Positions 55,924 through 64,000 of a stretch of DNA of 64,000 nucleotides are shown here, in pieces. The notes below the pieces were generated by a model. It ran no database searches, was not told the origin of the DNA, and saw only the letters and a list, made by a program, of their open reading frames with translations. The position numbers and the translations under genes are program-made. The stretch's first letter is position 1; every line of letters begins with the position of its first letter. The stretch covers positions 1 through 64,000 of IMG/VR virus record IMGVR_UViG_3300021963_000080. One strand, given 5' to 3'. The stretch comes from a virus.

Positions 55924-58900
55924 ATGCCACTTGACAAGCAAACAACAACATTAGCCCAGACACCATACTTTGACGATTATGATGAGACGAAGAACTATCA
56001 CAGAGTTCTTTTCAAACCTTCCGTCGCCGTACAAGCACGTGAGCTAACTCAACTTCAAACAATATTACAAAACCAGATTGAAAGATTTGGGGATAATATT
56101 TTTAGAACTGGTACCATTATTAAAGGTTGTTCTTTAACGACTGATGATCAATATTACTATGTTAAATTGTTTGATACTCAAATCAACGGCAATTCATATA
56201 CTCTATCTGCACTTACTAATACCTACGTAACAGAATCGTCTTCTAACCTAACCGCTGTATCAGTAAATTATAAAACTGGCGGACAGCAAACGGATCCTGA
56301 TTTAAATACACTGTATATTAAGTATTTGAATACCGGTACTGGTGGCCAGAAAGCTTTCAGTAATGGTGCAACATTAACAATATACAATCGTAATTACCGC
56401 GTCGAGACTATTGCTATCAATAGTGGCGGTACCCTATACTCAAACAGTGACACTATTGCATTCAGTGGTGGCGGTGGTGCTGGCGCAGTTGCTGGTGTTA
56501 CTACTTACGCTAACGGTACGCTTAAGTCAATTGAGATTACAGATAATGGTAGTGGATATACTACTTCTCCAACAGTCACAGTAACAACAAGCACAGGCTC
56601 TGGGGCTAATTTAACATCGTTCAACTATCTCGCTCAGATCGCTGTTGCTAATAGCCTGTACACAGCACCAACAGGACGTGGTTATGCAGTTAAAACGTCC
56701 GAGGGGGTTATCTATCAAAAGGGCCACTTTATTCGTGTTGGCTCGCATGAGGAAGTTGTATCCAAGTATAACACATCACCAAATAACGTCGTAATTGGCT
56801 TCCATACAACAGAGGCAGTTGTTAACAGCAACTCCGATCAGACATTGCTGGATAATGCTAATAACTCTACTAACTACACAGCTCCTGGTGCTGATCGTCT
56901 AAAACTTACTGCTAACCTAGTTGTTCTTTCGACTGCTAACGCTGCATCTAATAATGACTTCCTTGCATTGTATGAGTTTGAAAACGGAAGAATTATTAAG
57001 GACAGAACCACTACACAATTTAATTCGATCAACAAAGAACTCTCTAAGAGAACATTTGAAGAGTCAGGTAATTATGTTGTGGATCCGATTCCGATGTACA
57101 CTGAATCGATTAGCGGAAACACAACCCATTTGAATTTGGTGATTGGTGCTGGTTTAGCATACGTGGAAGGCAATCGCGTTCAAATTTACAATAATACTAA
57201 GATTCCTCTACGTAAGTCAACTAATACGATTACTAACGATGCGCAAACAATATCTACCAACTATGGTGGCTACGTTTATGTTAAAGAATTGCTTGGTAAC
57301 TTTGATATTAAGTTAGGAACGACTGTCACGCTACGTAGTACAGCAGGAACAGACTTATCAGATAATGCCGGAGGCTCTCCTACGACTCCTGGTACCCAGA
57401 TTGGTACAGCTCAAGTACGTTCATTGGTATTTGATGCCGGCACTCCAGGTACTCCTGATTGCCAATATAGACTTTACATTTATGATGTGAAGATGAGCTC
57501 AGGGTTCTCGTTCAAAGATGTAAGATCTATTGCAGTTGCTGGCGTCGGTGTCGCGGACGTTGTATTGAACGCTGATAATTTAGCTGTAATAAACGACATC
57601 CAGTATGATTCGTTGATTTTTAATACTGGTACGTTTGGTGTTCAAACTCTTACAAACGAAACGTTCATTAGTAGATCACAGACTAACGCTGCATTTGCGG
57701 TTGGGGGAACCTTAAGCACATCATTCTCTGGTGGTAATACTCTTCCATATTCTGCTGGATCGACATTGAATAGCGTACAAGAACGCGACTTCATTGTTAT
57801 CCCTCAGACAACTCTTGTTTCTTCAACAAACAAGACTGGAACTGTTGCTACAACAAGCGGTGCAAATACTGTAACTGGTACAAGTACATTATTCACTTCC
57901 GAATATTCTGTTGGTCAGTTTATTAAAGTTGGTACACAAGATCCATTACGTATTGTTAAGATTTCAAGCAATACATCTATTCAAGTGGCTAACAACTTTG
58001 CTGCTTCTTTGTCTGCAAACGTTCATACTATTGCTTATCCAGCAAACGTTCCAATCGATTTCCAGAACCAAGCAGGAAAATCAATTGCTATTGATGGAAC
58101 ACAAACAACACTGACGTTGAATCTTGGCCACGGTCTAACAGGAACTGGTACAGTTTCTATCTACCATGATATTCAAAATGAAAGCCCAGCTGTTAAAGTT
58201 AAGACAGTTAAAAGCCCAGTGTTTGTTAAGCTGTCCACAGCTGCTACAACAACATCTACAACCGGACCATGGTGCTTAGGTATTCCTGATGCATATGAAG
58301 TAACTGGAGTATACGTCGGCTCTGCTAACACATATAGCAACACAACAACAAACTACGTAAACGAATTCTTCTTAGATAGCGGTCAGAACGACAACTATTA
58401 TGGTTTGTCATATTTGAAGAAGCGTCCAGGCTCAACGCTAGCAATTGCTAATACAAACTGCTTGTTAGTATCGTTGAAAGCATTCACACATGGTGTTGGC
58501 AAATACATCTCTACAGAATCATACGCTTCAGCGATCGATGATGCTACAGAGCCATTACCATCTAATAAGATTCGTACGCAAGACGTTCCTGTTTACACAT
58601 CTCCAAAAACTGGTAAAGCATATGACTTGCGTGATGTAATTGACTTTAGACCTATTTGCTCTAATACGGCAAACGTAAATGCAACTGCAGTTGCAGGAGC
58701 TACAATCGATCCATCTACGACAATTACATTTGCTTCCGCAGAGAAATATTTTCCTTCTCCTACAAGAGAATTTACCGCTAGCGTAAACTCATATCTGGCA
58801 AGACAAGATAGAGTAGTAATTGACACATACGGTGGTATTACTGTAACAGAAGGCATTCCTGCAAACAACCCTTCTGGTCCTTCAGAGCCTAAAGGCACAA

Positions 58901-61900
58901 TGACAATTGGTATGGTCAATGTAGCACCGTATCCTAGCTTATCTGCTAAAGATGCAGCTGATTCGAGCCGTACTGATCTCGGTGTTTATATTAACCCGAT
59001 GCAAAACAAACGCTATACGATGAAGGATATTTCCGACATCGAGCGTCGTATTAATAGACTAGAGTATTATGCTCTACTGAATACTCTAGAGCAAAATACT
59101 AAGCAACTTGTGTTGCCTGGAGAAGCAAATAGCTCAATCGAAAGATTTAAAAACGGCTTCTTTGTTGATCCATTGACAGATTACAACGTATCCAATCTTA
59201 ACGATGCTGAGTATAGTGTTATTATTGACACAAACAAAGGAGTTGCTAGACCAAACTTCAGCGATGTAAAAATTGATTTAGTTTACGATTCGGCTAATAG
59301 CACAAATACTACCAAGACGGGAGATATTGTAACGCTAAGTTTTACAGAGAAAAATCTCGTACAACAACCGATAGCAAATAAGATTCGTACTCTTGTTGAT
59401 CAGTTCTGGAAGTATAAAGCAAACGTTAGTTTGTATCCTCCTTATGACAACTACTATGATATTACACGCAAGGGTGTATCTATTACTGTTGATATTGCCA
59501 CTCCGTTGAATGCATTGGCTAGAGCAACAAGTAGTGCGCTTTCCCAACTTAACGTGTCTACCAACTTAGACAGCGTGGCTAACGTTGGTAATGCAATATT
59601 TGTTGGTATGAATGGTACGAACCGTGTATTTGAGCAAGACGTTCTTAAAACGTTTACAGATACAAAAGTCAAAATCAATCCTGGTCAAGAGTTAATTACT
59701 CAACAGAACCTCGGGGATTATGTTACTGACTTTACGTTGAGACCTTACATACGGGAACAAAGAATATACTTCTTTACAGCTGGATTACGTCCAGGAGCAA
59801 CCCACTACGTGTTCTTCGATAACGTCAACGTATCGAGCTACGTCACACCAGCCAGCATAACTGTCTTTACAAATGTTACGGAAAATTCATTTACTGTAAC
59901 TGGAGCGAAGGGGGCTGCATTAGTAGCGGGCGATAATGGTCAGTTAGCTGGTTATATCGACCTTCCTGGCGGTACATTCTTTGTTGGTGAGCGTAATGTT
60001 GTTATTATGGACGTCGATGCTACAGCTTCGGAGACATCAGCTACATCTAAAGCCGTTGGTTCATTTGTAGCGTACGCTTATGGTGTTAACAAAACAAACC
60101 TATCACTCTCTACGAAGACTATTGATGTAACGTATGATAATTCGTTTGGAGTAGCTAACTATACAAACACCTATGTTGTTTCTGATAAAGTAAGATTTGA
60201 ACGTCCGGACCCTCTATCACAAACGTTTAGAGTGCAACGTCAATTGGCTGATACTGATGGCGTATTCATTACTGGCATTGATGTATTCTTTAGGGCGAAG
60301 GATGCAACGCAAGGCGTTACCTTAGAATTACGCGAAACAAATAATGGTGTACCTTCACATATTATTGTTCCTTTCTCTCGTACACGACTGTCCCCTGCAA
60401 ACGTTAGCGTAAGCGAGACAGCTTCAAATGCAACTTCATTTACGTTTGCTTCTCCTGTATATCTGAAAACAGAAACGGACTATGCAATCGTCATTTACCC
60501 TGATGCTAACTCTCCTGAATATACGATTTGGACGGCTGAGACAGGCGTTAAAGACGTAGCCAACACTTCGTTGATCAGTAACCAGAACTGGGGACTGGGA
60601 ACGATGTTCTATTCAACTTCTGGTACAGCTTGGACGCCAGTACAAGACGAGGACTTGAAGTTTACAGTCAAGCGCGCTCTGTTTAATAATCTAAGTGGTA
60701 CAGCAAAAGTACACAACGGAGATTATGAGTTCCTAACACTAGCAAATACAGAAGGATACTTTACTGGGGGCGAAACTGTTGCGCAATTAAGTAACACATA
60801 TTTGAGTGGTACTTTTACGACTAATGTAGCGAACGTTGTTGTAGGTACAAGCTCAAGTCAAGCGGCTGCTCTATCAGTTGGCGATAATGTATTGTTTGTG
60901 TATTCTAATAATGCTGCTATAGGTACTGGTAATGTTAATGTAACGACTGTTACTGTTTCTAATGGCGGCGGTCAAACAACAGACTTCGTTACAGAATATT
61001 CCGCTGGGGATTTCATCCGCATTGGTAGCGATATCAGACAAGTTGTTGCTGTCACTAACTCAACATCGATAACAATTGACTCTGCGTTGAGCACTAGTGC
61101 TTCTAACTCAACTCATTACCGTATGGATCCTGTGTTTGATGTTAGCCGCGTAACTGCAGCCAACTCTTCCACAATTACTATTAATAAGGTACCTAAGTTA
61201 ACAAGCAATGCTTCTATTATTGTTAATGGTCAAAAAGTAGTTCGTGGTGTTGTGAGTGCTTACGATTATGGTAATACAAAGATCTATATCAGTTCTTCAA
61301 CGTCTGCTAATGATACGTTCAAGATTCAAACATCTAACTCTGCTTATAGAGGTACGATCGTTGGAGATACAAGTCAAGCGCTTGGTGTTGTAAGTACAGT
61401 CGATAACATAAAAGCTAATATCTTTAGACCATTAATTAATACATTACAAATACCTGGTACAACTGTTTCGTTGGTTGGAACACTAACAACCAATGCTGGT
61501 TCTACAGACACTAAATCTTACTTCTTAACTGCTTCAAGCAGATTGGATCTGGGAGATGATGCTATCATTAAGAGTAAGTCTAATGAGATTGTAGGATCTA
61601 CAATTACAAAATCATTCACTGCTGACTTGCAAATGTCAGGAGCAACTACTGACATATCTCCATTAGTGGATATGAACCCATCAAGTGTTGTTCTGACAAG
61701 AAACTTAGTCAATAACGATTATACTAATGAGACCGGTCGTTTTGGTAGTGCTACATCTAAGTATGTCTCCAAGCGTATTGCGCTAGCTGACGGTTTAGAT
61801 GCGGAGGATGCTAAAATATTCATTACAGCATATAAGCCAAGCGGTACTACAATTCAAGTGTATGCTAAGATCCTTAACTTCACGGATGGAGAGGCATTTG

Positions 61901-62421
61901 AGGATAAAGACTGGACATTGATGGATCAAGTGACATCTGGTGCCATATACAGTGATTCATTGAATGAGGAAGACTATAGAGAATATGAGTACACATTCCC
62001 TAAAACTCCTCCATCAACATTATTGTCTGGGGTCGTTACAACATACTCGAACACTACTATTACAGGCGTAGATACTACATTCTCTACAACAGTTGTTGCT
62101 GGGGATTTGGTCAAGATTGTTAAATCCAACACATTAACAGACTATGATTTGTTCCCTGTTGTATCTGTAGCGAATAATACGTCACTACAAGTAACATCTA
62201 ACACATCGTTTACTGGGACTGGTAACACGATTGAGCTTGTAACCCAGAAGAAGGCTGCGTTCAAATATACACGTAACAATTATATTACTCGCTACCACGA
62301 TTCAAACAATGCTGCATTTGATACATACAAATACATGGCAGTAAAGATTGTATTGTTATCTCCATACAATTACTTGGTGCCAACATTGAATGATGTTCGA
62401 GTGTTAGCGGTATCAGTATAA
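55924..62421 (+). CDS. Large virion structural protein (VrlC/DUF4815-like)
   Basis: PYFDDYD..KNYHRVLFKP..AVQARELTQLQ, PGADRLK, RYTMKDI, RFKNGFFVD, DPLSQTF. Confidence 0.85.
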   Translation: MPLDKQTTTLAQTPYFDDYDETKNYHRVLFKPSVAVQARELTQLQTILQNQIERFGDNIFRTGTIIKGCSLTTDDQYYYVKLFDTQINGNSYTLSALTNTYVTESSSNLTAVSVNYKTGGQQTDPDLNTLYIKYLNTGTGGQKAFSNGATLTIYNRNYRVETIAINSGGTLYSNSDTIAFSGGGGAGAVAGVTTYANGTLKSIEITDNGSGYTTSPTVTVTTSTGSGANLTSFNYLAQIAVANSLYTAPTGRGYAVKTSEGVIYQKGHFIRVGSHEEVVSKYNTSPNNVVIGFHTTEAVVNSNSDQTLLDNANNSTNYTAPGADRLKLTANLVVLSTANAASNNDFLALYEFENGRIIKDRTTTQFNSINKELSKRTFEESGNYVVDPIPMYTESISGNTTHLNLVIGAGLAYVEGNRVQIYNNTKIPLRKSTNTITNDAQTISTNYGGYVYVKELLGNFDIKLGTTVTLRSTAGTDLSDNAGGSPTTPGTQIGTAQVRSLVFDAGTPGTPDCQYRLYIYDVKMSSGFSFKDVRSIAVAGVGVADVVLNADNLAVINDIQYDSLIFNTGTFGVQTLTNETFISRSQTNAAFAVGGTLSTSFSGGNTLPYSAGSTLNSVQERDFIVIPQTTLVSSTNKTGTVATTSGANTVTGTSTLFTSEYSVGQFIKVGTQDPLRIVKISSNTSIQVANNFAASLSANVHTIAYPANVPIDFQNQAGKSIAIDGTQTTLTLNLGHGLTGTGTVSIYHDIQNESPAVKVKTVKSPVFVKLSTAATTTSTTGPWCLGIPDAYEVTGVYVGSANTYSNTTTNYVNEFFLDSGQNDNYYGLSYLKKRPGSTLAIANTNCLLVSLKAFTHGVGKYISTESYASAIDDATEPLPSNKIRTQDVPVYTSPKTGKAYDLRDVIDFRPICSNTANVNATAVAGATIDPSTTITFASAEKYFPSPTREFTASVNSYLARQDRVVIDTYGGITVTEGIPANNPSGPSEPKGTMTIGMVNVAPYPSLSAKDAADSSRTDLGVYINPMQNKRYTMKDISDIERRINRLEYYALLNTLEQNTKQLVLPGEANSSIERFKNGFFVDPLTDYNVSNLNDAEYSVIIDTNKGVARPNFSDVKIDLVYDSANSTNTTKTGDIVTLSFTEKNLVQQPIANKIRTLVDQFWKYKANVSLYPPYDNYYDITRKGVSITVDIATPLNALARATSSALSQLNVSTNLDSVANVGNAIFVGMNGTNRVFEQDVLKTFTDTKVKINPGQELITQQNLGDYVTDFTLRPYIREQRIYFFTAGLRPGATHYVFFDNVNVSSYVTPASITVFTNVTENSFTVTGAKGAALVAGDNGQLAGYIDLPGGTFFVGERNVVIMDVDATASETSATSKAVGSFVAYAYGVNKTNLSLSTKTIDVTYDNSFGVANYTNTYVVSDKVRFERPDPLSQTFRVQRQLADTDGVFITGIDVFFRAKDATQGVTLELRETNNGVPSHIIVPFSRTRLSPANVSVSETASNATSFTFASPVYLKTETDYAIVIYPDANSPEYTIWTAETGVKDVANTSLISNQNWGLGTMFYSTSGTAWTPVQDEDLKFTVKRALFNNLSGTAKVHNGDYEFLTLANTEGYFTGGETVAQLSNTYLSGTFTTNVANVVVGTSSSQAAALSVGDNVLFVYSNNAAIGTGNVNVTTVTVSNGGGQTTDFVTEYSAGDFIRIGSDIRQVVAVTNSTSITIDSALSTSASNSTHYRMDPVFDVSRVTAANSSTITINKVPKLTSNASIIVNGQKVVRGVVSAYDYGNTKIYISSSTSANDTFKIQTSNSAYRGTIVGDTSQALGVVSTVDNIKANIFRPLINTLQIPGTTVSLVGTLTTNAGSTDTKSYFLTASSRLDLGDDAIIKSKSNEIVGSTITKSFTADLQMSGATTDISPLVDMNPSSVVLTRNLVNNDYTNETGRFGSATSKYVSKRIALADGLDAEDAKIFITAYKPSGTTIQVYAKILNFTDGEAFEDKDWTLMDQVTSGAIYSDSLNEEDYREYEYTFPKTPPSTLLSGVVTTYSNTTITGVDTTFSTTVVAGDLVKIVKSNTLTDYDLFPVVSVANNTSLQVTSNTSFTGTGNTIELVTQKKAAFKYTRNNYITRYHDSNNAAFDTYKYMAVKIVLLSPYNYLVPTLNDVRVLAVSV

Positions 62422-62429
62422 GGTGAGGG

Positions 62430-62648
62430 ATGCTTATCAAAACAAACGACGCCAGTTTTATGCGCGATGAGGATACTACCGCGCTGATAAATACAAATAA
62501 GACAGCATATGATTTGTATAAACAGCAACGCAACACCATTGTAAGCAACCAAACATTAAAGGCTGAAGTTGATATGTTAAAACAAGACCTCAGCGATATT
62601 AAACAACTTTTAGGACAGATAGCACAAAATGTCGGTATCAATCGCTAA
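62430..62648 (+). CDS. Small conserved coiled-coil protein
   Basis: RDEDTTALINTN...LKQDLSDIKQLL, typical downstream neighbour of VrlC-like genes. Confidence 0.75.
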   Translation: MLIKTNDASFMRDEDTTALINTNKTAYDLYKQQRNTIVSNQTLKAEVDMLKQDLSDIKQLLGQIAQNVGINR

Positions 62649-64000
62649 CGTAAATTTATCTACAGATACATTCCAAAACTGGTTGGATAAAACCAATCAA
62701 GTATTGGATAAGGTATCTACCGTCGTTGTCACTACCGCTGCTAATACTGCTGGCGGGTTGACGGCTGGTAACGCAAGTGTTAATGGAATATTTTCTGCTA
62801 ACGTAATTGCTGTGGGGGAAAGTCTACGTGGCGGTACTGTAACAACCGCAGCCAACCTTGCAATTACATCTAACGTTGTATTCTCAGGAGCAAACGTTGG
62901 TGGATCTGTTACAAACTTCAACTTATCGTCTTCTAACGTTGTTATTGATTCTGCTGTTACAACAATTAGCGGTGGTACTCTTACTGTTACCTCAAATGCT
63001 AACTTCAAGAGCAATACAATCTTTATTAATACGGCAGGTCGTTTAGGGGTTAATACTGGATCGCCTGACGCAACATTGTCTGTAGTTGGTACTGCAAACG
63101 TTTCTGGTAATGCTAAGTTTTCTGGTGTTGTTACTCTTGGCGCTAACGTCAACATCCAAGCAAATACAACTCTAACTCTATCGAGTGTTCCCAATAGCGG
63201 TTATTTGTTCTTTGGTAATACAAACTTACGCTACCTCGGATACGATGCTTCCCAATATGTGTTTGCTGTTGCAAACGTTGCTGTACAAGGCACGTTAATA
63301 GCAAACGCAATTACTGCAGCTGCAAACGTTACACTAGGAGCCGGGGTGGGCAGTGGGGTTTATATTGTAGGGGACGTCACTGGCAATGCTAATACTTTAT
63401 CAAGATCAGTAACTGCTGGTTCGTATATGTCTGGTGGTGGAACATTATCGACAAACATCACATTGAATGCTAATGCTTCAGCAGCTGCCACAGCAAGCGT
63501 TCTTGTAGCACGAGATGCTAATGGTAGTTTCTCTGCTAACGTTGTAACTGTCAACAACATTACAATATCTTCTGGCACTCTAACATCAAACGTTAGTGGT
63601 ACAATTACTCAATCTAATAATATCTTATTTGGCGGAACTGCATATCCTGGAGCCCTAACTTCTATTGGAAGTACGGTAGCATTAAGAGATAGTAGTGGAA
63701 ATATTACTACCAACTTGTTTGTTGGTACAGCAACCGCAGCTCGATATGCTGACTTGGCTGAGATGTATTTGGCTGATCAAGATTATCCAGTAGGAACAGT
63801 TGTTAAAGTTGGCGGCTCAAAAGAAGTTACTGCATATACGGCTATTGACTACATTCGCGCTTTAGGTACAATATCTGATAAACCGGCTTATCTAATGAAT
63901 AAAGACTTAGAAGGTGGCGTTCCAGTTGCATTAAAAGGTCGTGTGCCTGTTCGTGTGCTTGGATTAGTTAAAAAAGGCCAAGGATTAGCTGCAAGTGCTA
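62629..64000 (+). CDS. Tail fibre protein with peptidase G2-like C-terminal chaperone (3' truncated, not in track)
   Basis: ATG 62629 MSVSIANVNLSTDTFQNWLDKTN; ends with ARYADLAEMY...PAYLMN...VALKGRVPVRV at the window edge. Confidence 0.8.
   Translation, partial: MSVSIANVNLSTDTFQNWLDKTNQVLDKVSTVVVTTAANTAGGLTAGNASVNGIFSANVIAVGESLRGGTVTTAANLAITSNVVFSGANVGGSVTNFNLSSSNVVIDSAVTTISGGTLTVTSNANFKSNTIFINTAGRLGVNTGSPDATLSVVGTANVSGNAKFSGVVTLGANVNIQANTTLTLSSVPNSGYLFFGNTNLRYLGYDASQYVFAVANVAVQGTLIANAITAAANVTLGAGVGSGVYIVGDVTGNANTLSRSVTAGSYMSGGGTLSTNITLNANASAAATASVLVARDANGSFSANVVTVNNITISSGTLTSNVSGTITQSNNILFGGTAYPGALTSIGSTVALRDSSGNITTNLFVGTATAARYADLAEMYLADQDYPVGTVVKVGGSKEVTAYTAIDYIRALGTISDKPAYLMNKDLEGGVPVALKGRVPVRVLGLVKKGQGLAASA

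Noticed and set aside
1-64000. Stop-codon reassignment, introns or inteins
   Set aside because: Conserved genes are full length in the standard code, all three stop codons terminate genes, and no interrupted core gene was seen.

Overview
A 64-kb segment of a T4-like (Tevenvirinae-related) myophage genome in the standard genetic code. The host is probably a Gram-negative proteobacterium, an inference from the tmRNA tag ANDELFLAAA and a phage-encoded outer-membrane beta-barrel. Layout: (1) 0-4.6 kb conserved T4-like genes (glycosyltransferase, RNase H, PhoH, PD-(D/E)XK exonuclease). (2) 4.6-33.5 kb accessory region of small ORFs, containing a late minus-strand cassette (9-12.5 kb), an early module at 21.0-29.4 kb with 11 related sigma70-type promoters that all have G at -12, several apparently structured non-coding RNAs, and a circularly permuted two-piece tmRNA. 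(3) 33.5-36.7 kb SleB-type hydrolase, gp33, cytidylyltransferase, gp59, gp32. (4) 36.8-64 kb tail and baseplate genes (adhesin, S74 fibre, M23 tape-measure-like protein, gp51, gp26, gp2, gp4, gp48, gp53, gp5, PAAR, gp25, gp6, gp7, gp8, a 2165-aa structural protein, a truncated fibre). Most notable: a ~430-nt densely paired RNA inside the early module, a ~200-nt RNA closed by a perfect 18-bp inverted repeat, the permuted tmRNA, a putative -1 frameshift joining gp26 to gp51 just upstream of the tape-measure-like gene, and a candidate prohead-protease-processed polyprotein. All calls come from reading the sequence; no searches or folding programs were run.
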